From positions 13,764,001 to 13,828,000 of the forward strand of contig OZ024752.1 of NCBI GenBank assembly GCA_964016885.1: a stretch of 64,000 nucleotides of DNA, read 5' to 3'. Each line of letters opens with the position of its first letter. Position 1 is the stretch's first letter. Positions 51,010 to 63,600 of the stretch are shown here, piece after piece. The stretch is from Eledone cirrhosa. Taxonomy: Eukaryota. The translations under genes and the position numbers were made by a program. The notes below the pieces were generated by a model that made no database searches, had not been told where the DNA came from, and was given only the letters and a program-made list of their open reading frames with translations.

Positions 51010-52389
51010 ATCTGTGTGTGAGTGGTTGTGTGTGTATCTGTGTGTGTGTGTATCTGTGTGTGAGTGGTTGTGTGTGTATCTGTGTGTGGGTGTATCTGTG
51101 GGTGTATCTGTGTGTGTGTGGTTGTGTGTGTATCTGTGGGTGTGGGTGTGTATCTGTGTGTGAGTGGTTGTGTGTATCTGTGTGTGTGTGTGTATCTGTG
51201 TGGGTGTGGGTGTATCTGTGTGTGAGTGGTTGTGTGTGTATCTGTGTGTGTGTGGGTGTATCTGTGTGTGAGTGGTTGTGTGTATCTGTGTGTGTGTGTG
51301 TATCTGTGTGTATCTGTGTGTATCTGTGTGTGAGTGGTTGTGTGTATCTGTGTGTGTGTATCTGTGTGTGAGTGGTTGTGTGTATCTGTGTGTGTGGGTG
51401 TATCTGTGTGTGAGTGGTTGTGTGTGTATCTGTGTGTGTGTGTGTGTATCTGTGTGTGTGTGGGTGTATCTGTGTGTGTGTATCTGTGTGGGTGTATCTG
51501 TGTGTGAGTGGTTGTGTGTGTATCTGTGTGTGTGTGGGTGTATCTGTGTATCTGTGTGTGTGTGGGTGTATCTGTGTGTGAGTGGTTGTGTGTATCTGTG
51601 TGTGTGTGTGTATCTGTGTGTATCTGTGTGTATCTGTGTGTGAGTGGTTGTGTGTATCTGTGTGTGTGTGGGTGTATCTGTGTGTGAGTGGTTGTGTGTA
51701 TCTGTGTGTGTGGGTGTATCTGTGTGTGAGTGGTTGTGTGTGTATCTGTGTGTGTGTGTGTGTATCTGTATCTGTGTGTGTGTATCTGTGTGGGTGTATC
51801 TGTGTGTGAGTGGTTGTGTGTGTGTGTGTGTATCTGTATCTGTGTGTGTGTATCTGTGTATCTGTGTGTGTGTGTATCTGTGTGTGTGTGGGTGTATCTG
51901 TGTGTGAGTGGCTGTGTGTGTATCTGTGTGTGTATGTATCTGTGTGTGTGTGGGTGTATCTGTGTGTGAGTGGTTGTGTGTGTATCTGTGTGTGTGTGTG
52001 TATCTGTGTGTGTGGATGGTGTATCGGTGTGTGTGTATCTGTGTGTGAGTGGTTGTGTGTATCTGTGTCTGTATCTCTGTATGTGTATCTGTGTGAGTGG
52101 TTGTGTGTGTGTGTGTATCGGTGTGTGTGTGTATGTGTTTGCGTGTGTGTGTGTATCTGTGTGTGTGAGTGGTTATGTGCATCTGTGTATATCTGTGTGT
52201 GTATATGTGTGTATATATCTGTGTAAGTGGTTGTGTGTATATGTGTGTGTGTGTGTTGTCGAAGGAGCCAAATCCCTAGCAATATCGAAATAAATGAGAA
52301 TTATCCAGAATATCAACCCCAGTTGAAAGATTTATACAAACACACATTTACTCTTTAGCCGTCATTTGTGACGACACGGGACCAGCTAG
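49504..52389 (+). mobile_element. Non-autonomous Helitron-like element enclosing a ~2.3 kb GT-rich array
   Basis: 3' hairpin CGTCA-TTTG-TGACG then CACGGGACCAGCTAG^T; the 5' TC..ATATATAATAG assignment is weaker. Confidence 0.5.
49988..52255. repeat. Compound GT-rich repeat (GTATCTGTGTGTGAGTGGTT modules)
   Basis: Visible; explains the 789- and 774-aa His/Thr ORFs. Confidence 0.95.
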
Positions 52390-52689
52390 TATAATATATT
52401 TGTGAATACTTTTATTACTCTTCCAGTGGTCATTTTATCTGAAGAGGAAATCATGTGCACTTACAACGAATGTCATATTCTGAACACTTTGTATCTTGAC
52501 ATTTCTCAACATAGGAATAGAACACCTCTGAAATTTAATTAACTCTTTATCATTTACATTACTCTATATATACTAATGTTATTTTCACGGTAAACACTTT
52601 ATCTCACACAATTATCTCACATAATTTTGAATCTAAAAGATTTTTAGATTATTTATTTTGAGAACAATACCTTAACATAAGTATGAATA

Positions 52690-52768
52690 GCCAGTTATGG
52701 CTGGTTTGAACAGAAATAGGTGAAAAAATTATGGCCGGATATGGTCACTTTAAATGCTAAAGGGTTAA
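52690..52768. mobile_element. piggyBac-type terminal fragment
   Basis: Ends ...AAATGCTAAAGGG|TTAA. Confidence 0.45.
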
Positions 52769-53251
52769 ACAGTCGATGCTGCTCATGGAAGAAAGATGTT
52801 TCGGTATAGTCTTATTAAATGAAATTTATTCGTAGTTGTCGTTGTTTATATTGATTTATGAGAAAGTTCTACGTTTATATTTTCCCGGAGTCAATAGCTG
52901 TGTACGTTGTGACCAGGAACTGAAACTAGCCATGACTCACGTAGAGGGAGGTTGTCTCTACATTGGCATACGAGTTTATAAGAGAATGAAAAGTGATAGA
53001 AATACTGAAATCCACATGAAAGAATTAATATAAACCGTTATGTATTGCATTTTATATATTTCAGTTTCGATATTTTTTTTATTTTAATCTAGAATATTTT
53101 CTAAAGTAGCAACGGTAGGTTGGAAGGTGTAAAATACACTTTTCCTACTATTTCAAGTATTAAACTAATACATTTCTTCAATGTACTGTGTCGTTTCATT
53201 TGTTATCTCTGTTTACTTTTTACACACACACACACACATACACACTGACAC

Positions 53252-53282
<31 letters not shown>

Positions 53283-53696
53283 CGTGTGTGTGAATGTATA
53301 TATATAGATGCTATTGTATACGTATGTGAGGGAAGACGTATTTTAAAGTTGAGGGAACATGTATTTTATAGTTCCCATGGTTTAGCAACTTGTAAACTTT
53401 TGATGCTATGTCATTTCATCGCAGAGAAATTTACGTCAACCAATATCATCAATTCTAAGAACTTTGTAATCACTGCCTCTTTTATTACTCAATATTTCAT
53501 GAGTAAAAAAATACTCTGTAGACACACATCTATACCGTGTCCGAATGCAAGGGTCAATTTCTTTTGGGGCGGTGAAGTAAATTTGTAATTTGTAAATAGA
53601 TTTACGGGGCGAAGCCAAATGAAACGTTAAGTAAAATGTTTGAAAATTGAAAAAAATTAACATAATAAATATATTCGTAAGTTTTGTATCGAATTA

Positions 53697-53825
53697 TAAT
53701 TGTTTCTACTTTCGGCACAAGGCCAGCAATTATCCCAGTGCATTACTGGTATTTTATTTTATCGACCCCGTAAGGATGAAAGGCAAAGTTAACCTCGATG
53801 GGATTTGAACTCAGAACATAAAGGT
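53697..53825 (-). mobile_element. Main-family SINE, 5' truncated
   Basis: Reverse complement of the consensus. Confidence 0.85.
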
Positions 53826-54013
53826 CGATTCACTTGCAAGCAAACAGCCTCATTACACTGTGTTTTTTAGATGACCGTCGCCATATTTTTGTTCTAACGA
53901 TAACACAGAGAAACAACTGACAATATTGCTTCTGGGTTATTGCCCCTTGTCAAGTTTGTATCTCTCTTCTGTCACTCATTAGAACTCTTGAGTATATATA
54001 GTATTCTCTAAAG

Positions 54014-54324
54014 CAGGGGCGTGCAATAGGCGGCCCACGGGCCACAATCCAGACCAGTCAGAGTGACCCACGATGACAATGTTTAATTTTTACTCTGTAG
54101 GCTTATTTAGAATTCTTTTCGTAACTGTAATACAATTTTCTGTTAGTTGACCTATACTAAAGGGCTTCACTGAGAGGGTTATGTGTGTTATAATTTCCCA
54201 GTTCCATGTTACGGAAAGAAGTTGTGGTGAATCTTTGGAATAGTGCTTAATAAATATTAATGGCCTTAATAGTTGTTCCAATGTTCAAAGGTGGCCTGCC
54301 AATAGAATATGTTGCACACCGCTG
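54014..54324. mobile_element. hAT (Charlie-like) MITE with 8-bp TSD
   Basis: TIRs CAGGGGCGTGCAA / TTGCACACCGCTG; TSD CTCTAAAG / CTCTAAAA. Confidence 0.8.
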
Positions 54325-55559
54325 CTCTAAAATATATATCGGCTGACTAGCCTAATTTGCATACCGAGCGGTTGTTTTTCTCTGTCTCGCGTTGCTCCAG
54401 CATACTCAGCAGGAAATGAATACCAGTAATACCAGCTATGTATTGGCTGTCTTTTCCAGCAAGAGTCTTGTACCATCATTCGCTTAAAGCTACGATAATC
54501 GGATAAGCACTGGCCTGATGAGCCCCCTCCTGTTAATTTCATGGGAAAGGTGTTCAATTGATCGAAAGACTGGAACACCAATCGTCGAAACCCACAGAGA
54601 TTCCTTCTATTCAATTTCTTCAGAAAAATAAACGTAGATTTAAATATTGCATTAAGATAGTGCGTTGTGTCCTTGAGCAAGATACTTTCCCCTGTTGCTC
54701 CAGTCTACTCAGCCCTACTTATAATTCATAAGGTCAGCCTTGTCTCATAGTGTGCCCCGTTAAATCTCTGTCAGTATTGCGTTATGAGTACAAGTTTATT
54801 GCAGAATGTTCACCCATTTGCACATTAATTTCACCAGCAGACTGCTCTGGTGATCAAAGAATTGAAACACTCATTATGATGACATTCTTGAAAGCTGTTG
54901 TTACGAAACCTTTTGAGCAATCTCAATCGGATTGCGGTTTGATTCACTTTTGCAATGATGCAGCGGTATTCACTTCTCAGTGAAAACTCTTTTCTTGAAA
55001 CATTTGAAAGAAGAATGAAAGTAAAAAGCCATTAAAATTGTTTTGGCTTTCAAATCTCTTCAAGTTTCATCCCTAAAACAAAACAACGCGAACAAAAACA
55101 TTATATATATATATATATATATATATATGCGAGTTTTAGTTTGCTTCGAGAATTGTGGAATATGCTACAATGTGGACGAGTTTGTAAATATTAAAGTAAC
55201 AGACCACACACACGTACGCACACGCACGTACGCACACGTACATACGTACATAAAGCATTAATATTGTTATCTCTTCTCAATGGAGTTGAGTAACCGATAG
55301 AACGGAATCATTATTCATTTCATTTTGGCATCTTTCTCGAATTTCTATTTTATTATCAGAGTATCAGAAAAAAAATATTACCAAACGGAAATAAACTTTA
55401 GTCTTTACTTTCTTCTCTTTTTATATTATACTGGTCGGTTGATTGATGGCATACCTGTTCATTGGTGCTGTAGCGTTTTAAACGAGCTAACAATGGTTCC
55501 TTCATAGCAGATATATACTTTACGGTTTACTCTTGTCAAAGTTTCAGTCGTTAGTCCAA

Positions 55560-55835
55560 ACTCGCTATCATCAATTCGGTATTCGTGCCAACCCTTAGCT
55601 ATGGTCATGGATCTTGTGTAATGACCGAAATAATGCGATCGCGAATACAAGCGGCCGAAATGAGGTTCATCCGAAGGGTTATTGGAGTAACGTTACTCGA
55701 TAGAATGCATAGCTCCATATAGAGTCGCTACTTCTCCGAATTGAGAGATCACAGCTCCGACACTATGGGCATCTTGTTTAGAATGTCCCAGGAAAGAATC
55801 GCTGGACGGATTTTAAGGGCAAAACTAACCGGCAG
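55560..55835 (+). pseudogene. RTE (Expander/Rex3-like) 3' fragment
   Basis: VPTLSYGHGSCVMTEIMRSRIQAAEMRFIRRVIGV...IERSQLRHYGH. Confidence 0.8.
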
Positions 55836-56329
55836 AGTGGTGATGTATGGGAAAGTATGGATTAGGAAAAACAGTTATTGTATGTCCTGTGAAGGTAATA
55901 CAGAGTAAACTAGATGATGTTAGCAGAGTCTTACGGGGGAGCCGGGATAGAGGTGGTTTGTACTTAGATAGCTAGACTTTAGTTGATGTTTGTAAGATAG
56001 TGTTGTTGCCGTTTTTTAACCTCAGACACCCACTTGGCAGAGGAAACCTGTGATTAATCGAGTCCTTTCATTGAGTATTACATAATCTTCCAAAGAGAAT
56101 CTGTTACTCCAAATTCCGAAGTGTCTCTCAAGCCAGGAGACTAATCAAGCCGGTACTTTTCCCGGTTGGGTGGCGTGAAGTGACTGAGAGTACAAAACTC
56201 CCGCCCTGTACAGGACACCAGTCCGACTCAGGGTTAAAGTCTCTCAAGCCTACGGTCTCGTCAGGCCAGTGCTTACCCCTGTTTCATGGAGTGGAGAGAC
56301 TGAGTACCCCGCAGGCTTAAATTCCCTTA

Positions 56330-56470
56330 TTGCTGGTACTCATTTCAGCTGAATATATTGAAGCAACGGGAAATGAAATGTTTTGCTCAACACACAACCC
56401 AGCCCAGGAATCGAACGTACGATATTATTATCGTACGTCCAGTGCTCTTACCACTAGGACACGTGTATCT
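56330..56470 (-). mobile_element. Third SINE type, degenerate
   Basis: tRNA-like end GGAATCGAAC...CTCTTACCACTAG; related to 54655-54715(+). Confidence 0.5.
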
Positions 56471-56638
56471 AGGACTTCATCATCCAATATGTTCTTTATT
56501 TAATATATTTGTAAGTTGTTGTTGATGTTTGCATTCAGACCAGTCCTTATGGAGGAAATCTATGACCAAATTAGTTCATGCCATGTCCAATTCATAATTT
56601 TCCGAGCACAGATGACCAGAGATGTACTCCAGGTCTTT

Positions 56639-57245
56639 GGATTGGCAGTATCGGTAGAGCGACGAACAAGAAAGTAAAGGTACGTAACTTATATGCTTTG
56701 TGGCATATAAGTTACGTACTTTTACGTTCCGAGGTCAAATTCTGCCTTCATTATTATGGGTTCGATAGGGCGGTGGATTGGCAGTATCGGTAGAGGGTCG
56801 GACGCCATGCTTTCCAGCATAGTTACGTCCCTTTACGATCTGAGTTCAAATCCCCCCCCGAGGTTGACTTTGCCTTTCATCCTTACGGGGTCGATAAAAT
56901 AAAGTACCAGTAATGCACTTGGTAATTGCTGGCCTTGTGCCTAAAGTAGAAACAATTATTATGGGTTCGATAAAATAAAGCACCAGTAATACACTGGTGT
57001 AACTGCTGGCCTTGTGCCAAATGTAGAAACAATTATATTATGGTGGATTGGCAGTATCGGTAGAGCGTCGGATACCTGCTTCGCGACAGTTACGGCCCTT
57101 TACGTTATGAGTTCAAATCCTGCTGAGGTTAGCTTTGCTTTTCATTCTTACGGGGTTGATAAAATAAAGCACCAGTAATGCAGTGGGGTCGATTTAATCG
57201 ACTTTTCCCCTTTTCTAAAATGAGCTTGTGCTTAAATCAGAAACC
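56639..57245 (+). mobile_element. Nested/tandem main-family SINEs (SINE inside SINE, 18-bp TSD)
   Basis: ATTATTATGGGTTCGATA at 56750-56767 and 56955-56972 flanks an intact copy; third copy from ~57042. Confidence 0.9.
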
Positions 57246-57354
57246 ATATTATCTAATATTTTCAGGTTTGTGGACTACATTATCTAATGGGTGTTGTTTG
57301 AATTAAAGATAGCTGTTAGATCGAGAAGGTTGAGCAGCCATATAGTCTCATTCA

Positions 57355-57770
57355 TTATTTTCATTTTGTTTTATAGTTATTTCTAATGACACCTTTCTGC
57401 TTACATTTGTGAAAATCTCTAAAATTTGGCTTCAATGAGGTAGCCCTTGCTTAAATGTAATGCCAACACACATATATAAAATAGTAATGCTGACACAGAC
57501 ACACAGTAAATAGAAATTCAGCATGAGTTGAGTTTTTATAGCTAAACCAAACTAAATATCTAAAGAACACTTTTCCACACAGATACTCACGCACGTATGA
57601 GTAAAATAAACAGGGCGACTAAATAATGGCTGACATCTTTTCTTATTAGGTTATGTTGAATCAAATTAGTGTATTCTCCACGTAACAATTATACCCTTTA
57701 AAGCAGTGGCGCCAACCGTTCGGACCTCGCAGACCACTAAATTCATAATTTTAAATCCGGCGGATCACTA
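57355..57770 (+). repeat. Dispersed direct duplication, copy 2
   Basis: Matches 28760-29180; partial third copy at ~58090-58200. Confidence 0.9.
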
Positions 57771-58037
57771 ATAAGAATTAATAGTTGATGGTCGAAACAA
57801 TACTGAAGCGTGCGTGTGTCATATTGTCGATAGATGATACATATGTGTAAAATGGATGTTATTTCTTTACTGAGGAGAAACATTTTTATTGGGGGGGGGG
57901 GGGGGGGGGTATAAAATATATTTTAACCGAATATTATTTTTGTTTTATAATTAATAAAACACAAAATTGCAAATAATGTCCACGTTTTTCTTCTGCAGAC
58001 CACCATTTTCTCTCGGACCACCGGTTGGCGACCGCTG
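57704..58037. mobile_element. hAT MITE with 8-bp TSD
   Basis: TSD CTTTAAAG / CTTTAGAG; right TIR GGTTGGCGACCGCTG. Confidence 0.75.
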
Positions 58038-58405
58038 CTTTAGAGGAAATATCAATAATCCGTAATCTAATTTTCCGCAATCGGAGTTGGTAATGTCGAC
58101 ACAGACACACAGAGTAAAAACATATTCAGCATGAGTTGAGCCTTGATAGCTAAACCAAACTAAATATCTAAAGAACACTTTCCCACTCAGATACACACGT
58201 ATTTCTCTATTACGTTCAGTAGATCCTAGAATAAGGTGTAACATTTAAAAATAACATATCTTCAAAGAATACATGCTTAGACAACTTTATTATTCATTCA
58301 ACTGAGAGTAATAAAAACATTAACAAAATAAAAGCACAAGTGGGAAACAATAAACCGGGAAAAATATGATTTTCTTCTTAGAAAAGTTGTTAATGATACA
58401 CTTAC

Positions 58406-58448
58406 CTATCTATTTTGTCACCATTTACGACAGCTAATATTGCAACTT
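58406..58448 (-). CDS. Candidate 43-nt exon (VAILAVVNGDKID)
   Basis: Acceptor TTTTTATTTTTATGTCTCAATACAG and consensus donor AG|GTAAGT. Confidence 0.25.
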
Positions 58449-58957
58449 CTGTATTGAGACATAAAAATAAAAACAATTTTTCATCTTGGTGTTTCAACAC
58501 TAAAATCCATTTGACGAGAAATATTTTTGCTTATGTAACACCAATAAATTTCGTTCCATTTTGAATATACGTATTACTCTGCCTTCACAAAGACATATGT
58601 ATGTATTGTACTTACATATGTATATGCTAAATATCTACAATGCATACGTCCATAGCTACGTACATACAATGATTACATACATATATACACATATACATAC
58701 CCACATACATATGAACAACACCTACATATATACATATATAGGTAGATCATATAAGTGCCGTGCCTCAGCATGGCCTCAGTGGGATAGCTGGAACAGGTAA
58801 AAGAGCAATATATGTATATACATACATTGGTAGATACATATATATGTGTATACATATATACATAAATAGGTAGATACATACATACACATTTATGTGCATA
58901 CATATATACATAAATAGGTAGATACATACATACACATTTATGTATATACATATATAC

Positions 58958-59490
58958 ATAATTGTTTCTACGTTTGCCACAAAGCCAGCAATTACCCAGT
59001 GCATTACTGGTACATTATTTTATCGACCCCCGTAAGGATGAAAGGCAAAGTTAACCTCGACGGGATTTGAACTCAGACCATAAAGGCCCGTAACTCTTTG
59101 CTGCAAAGCATGGCGTCCGCCACATAATAATCCGATACATAATAATCATAAATATGTAGTCACACACCCACTCACCACTCACCACACACCACTCACCACA
59201 CACCACTCCCCACACACCACACACACACACACTAAATGCATGCTTGCACACGTCTATAAATCACCAACAGAGAATTAGAGACGATTAGACCTCCGTGAGT
59301 AAATATTTGTTTCTACTTTTGGCACAAGACCAGAAATTATCCCAGTGTATTACTGGTACTTTGTTTTATCGACCCCGTAAGGATGAAAAGTAAAGGTAAC
59401 GTCGGCGGGATTTGAACTCATACCATAAAGGGCTGTAACTCTTTGCTGCAAAGCATGGCGTCCGACCCTCTACCGATACTGCCAATTCAC
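58958..59490 (-). mobile_element. Two main-family SINEs (58958-59118, 59305-59490)
   Basis: Reverse complement of the consensus. Confidence 0.85.
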
Positions 59491-60670
59491 CATAATTTCA
59501 TCTGGTTCCCTTCAAATGAACCGGTTTAGACTAGATTTCCTTTCTTAGATGGAAAACTAGTAGTTACTCATTACGCATGTCATATTTTACAACGTTATTA
59601 ATATTGTTGAGGAGCGACTGCCAGTATAGGCTAACAACATAGTCATCGCATGTAATAATTTACTAACACACCGCTTTAGAATGGTGTATGTTTTATCGGT
59701 CGCAGAAAGCAGAAAAGCATAGCTAACACCAGTCGGATTTGAACTCAGAACATAAATAGCCAGATCAAAACCACGCACTACACAGACAGACGGACGGACG
59801 TGTGTATTTGTCATATGGTCGGGTCGTCGGCGACTGAACCGGCAACCCTACCAAGTTTACTTGGTGAGGAGGGTGATTTTCGACACCCTGCAGACAAAAA
59901 CAAAACTTGACAAAGGGCGGAAGAACACATAAGAGTCAACGGCCATCCAAAAATGTGAAAATATGTATATACATGTGTATATATGTATTATGTATGTATA
60001 TGCATGTGTATGTATATGCGCGGGGACATTTCTTCTAGGAGAAAGCAACTTAGGAAACAGGGATAACTTCGATATAAAACCTGTGGCTCAGTAGTTACCG
60101 ATGATGTTGATCTTTTCTTCTTTTCGGGTTATAGCTACTGTCGCTCAGAGAGTGGGATTGGCTCAGTGCACAGTCTTTCCTCACTTAAAAAAAATCTTCA
60201 TACATAGGCATTGCACGATAGCATTAATTGATAATTATTAATAATGTTATATCGTGCAATGGCCATACTCGATAACGAGGGGGCAGCCATCATCATGCTT
60301 GTGTACATGTAATTACGCTACAATAAGTGTTTGAACTGTAAATATATTGCAACACATCTATTTATATGAACGTTAAATAGATTTTAACATATAAATACAG
60401 TGTTGTTGCATTACTTTCATGAAGAAATATACTAAGAAACGTTACAAAACGATTCACCAAAAGAAAAATAGAAACAAAAACAAAAAGAAAACGTTAAATA
60501 AACGTTTAAAAAAACTGTTGTAGAATTAAAAACTAGTTGAAAGGAAATATTACCTAAGCTGTGAACAACTTTAAATTTAATTATGACAAAACTTTGTCGA
60601 ATCTTTTAAAGAAGATCATCGTGTATTCTGAAAAATAAGTGCTAAATATTAGTGAACAGACGAACTCATC

Positions 60671-63600
60671 ATGGCAAAACGTATAAGTCTCGTTCTACCA
60701 AATCGCAACTACAGCCATTGTACACAATGGAGTTGCGATCTCAACAAAGATTTATATGAAACATACAAACAATCAGACCCCCAAAAGTTCGGTTTTATAC
60801 GGAGGCTAAAAACTTTGTGGAACTCCAAGCATCCAGAATTAGACTTTTCCTCCAAACATTCAAATGAACAGGCAAAAGGTATCGTGCCATATAAATTGAT
60901 ACATCTAACGGAACTGAGTGACACTGTTGAAGACAATCATTCCACTCCCATTGACAGACAGAGAGAATGCTCAGCTGAATCTAGCAGTAAACAGCTCACC
61001 AACAACGTAGCTGAAATCCATAATTCTACTGTACAAATAGGACACCAAAACCATGTGGACACATTCCAAGTGATGTGGGATGATATGTTTCAAGAGATAC
61101 ACAGCCTTAATGTGAAGAACAGCATACAACGCCAGAATCAGTAAAAAACCCACTAAATTGGAATAGGAAGCAGTAAACGAAATAGCTGACAACTATCTGA
61201 AGGCCACACGATCCAAAGGTGTGGAAACGACATATGATTTGCTTAATATTTTGTTATGTTTCAGCTATCACGTTGCTATCCTATCATAAACAACTAAAAC
61301 CATGCAACCAAGGTACACACAGAAAGCCTGAACTAGCGTGGATGCGTAATTTAGAAAACAAAATTTTGCCCCTGAGACGAAGTATCGCACAGATCACTGT
61401 AGTTATGAAATGCAACATAGAGAGCAGCTTTACACAACACCAGGAAGACGTAAGAAAAAATTAGAGGCGATTTGGAGATACAAGATTTAAAACTCTAAAC
61501 TCCAAACTACACCAGTTGAAACAACTCACAACTGCAGCAGAAAGGCTAAAATATAAGTCAATAGCACATAAACGGCAAGTGCTAAATAGATTATTTGCCA
61601 GAGATCCTAAATCAGTTTATCGCAGTTTCAATGGGAAAAGCTTAATCTCTTCAAATGACACCCCTACAAAAGAACAGGTTGAGAGCTACTGGATATCTGT
61701 ATGGGAAACAAATGACGGATTCAACAAACAAACTAAATGGCTAAAAGAACGGGAACAGGAATACTGCCAACATGCCCAGACAAAACAATGACATAGATGG
61801 ATCAATACTGGAAACAACTCTGCAGAAAATGTCAAATCACCAGGTCCAGACCACATAACAGGGTACTGGCTGAATAATTTCACCTTATATCGGCAAGATC
61901 TCATACCGTTGTTTAGAGAAACCATCAAAGACACAAGAACTGCCCCAATGGCGATCAAATGCCACTACTCTCCTAATCCCCCAAAATAGCCAGAACACCC
62001 TTGCTTAACATTACCGCCCAATAGCCTGCCAGAACATCATGTATAAAGTATACACTGGGTGCCTTAATCTGTTCTTACAGGATCACTCTGCTACCAACAA
62101 CATTATAACACCTGAGCAAGCTGGTGGTAAGAAGGTGTGGGACTGCATAGATTACCTACTAACAAATAAAATGATACAGGAAAAAACAGCAAAGAATCGC
62201 AGGAACATGACTGGTATGGCAGGACTATCAGAAGGCTTTTGATAGTGTACCTCATGGGTGAATTATTAAGGCTTTACAGTTAGCCAAAGTCCCACAACCA
62301 CTAGTAGCTGCTGTTGAACGCCTGGCCAAGAACTGGTACACCAATTTGATCCTTAGGGGTGAGAAGGAGCAAATTAAGACTAATCCAATACACTATCAGA
62401 AAGGTATCTTTCAGGGTGATAGCTTATCAGTGCTGCTCTTCGTCCTCTCACTAAACCCACTGTCATACCTGCTCACAAAACAAAGTGGTCATGGAAGTGC
62501 GTCCAGAAGTAGCTCCCATCTTTTCTTTTCTGAAGTTGTATGGGCCAAATATCAACTATATTAAAAAGCATTTGGACCTCATTACACAATTTCTGCAGAC
62601 ATCCGAATGAAATTTGGAGAGTCCAAATGTGCATATTTGACAGTCAAACGTGGAAAGGTTGTGCCCTCCTCTGGAAATCTAGAGATTAACGGCTTGACAA
62701 TACAACCTCTACAGTCAGGTGACAACTACAGATATCTTTGACAGGATGAGAATGTCAGATATGAGCCCATACATAAGGAGATAATCAGAAATGAATACCT
62801 CAGGAGAGTAAAGAAAATATGGTCATCAGAACTATCAGCATACAACAAGTACATTGCCCACAATACTTATGCTGTGCCAATCCTAACACCAACATTTCGC
62901 CTGCTGAACTGGTCATTGTAAGAACTAAGTGAGATGGATGTAACAATTCGCAAGCTGCTCAGTGTAACTGAAACTTTAACATCAATGGTGATGTGTTTAG
63001 GTTATACTTCTCACGCAAGGAAGTTGGACGGGGTCTAAAATCCATATTAACATCATACAAGATCCGGATAGTAACACTGAAGCAACACTTTCAGCAGAAG
63101 AAAAAGGTCAGCAACCATCTTACCCAGGTCTATGAACATGAATGAAATAATTGTTTCTATTATTGGCACAAGGCCAGAAATTACCCAGTGCATTACTGGT
63201 ACTTTATTTTATCGATCCTATAAGGATGAAAGGCAAAGTTAACCTCGGCGGGATTTGAACTCAGATCATAAAGGGCCGTAACTATCCTGAAAAGCATGGT
63301 GTGCAACTCTCTACCGATACAGCCAATCCAAGGAAATAATTGTATCTGCTTTTGGCTCAAGGCCAGCAATCACCCAGTGAATTACTGGTACTTTATATTA
63401 TCGACCCCGTAAGGATGAAAGGCATAGTTAACCTCGGCGGGATTTGAACTCAGACTGCAAAGGGCCGTAACTCTATGCTGCAAAGCATGGCGTCCGATCC
63501 TCTACCGATACTGCCACTCCCAATCCAAGGAAATAATATCATTAGAATAGCCACTGATCTGGAGGAGAGATATGGAATAAGGCCTGATATAAATCTCTCT

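Noticed and set aside
49813-52293. 789-aa and 774-aa His/Thr-rich ORFs and Cys/Val-rich antisense ORFs
   Set aside because: Translations of a GT/CA compound repeat that lacks stops in several frames; no coding signal.
59815-60210. Possible HDV-like ribozyme or LINE 5' UTR upstream of the R4 element
   Set aside because: I could not build the double pseudoknot by eye, and there is no evidence linking it to the downstream LINE.
789-63519. tRNA genes suggested by GGTAGAGC / GTTCAAATCCC motifs
   Set aside because: All continue into the SINE body and tail; no cloverleaf or poly-T terminator.
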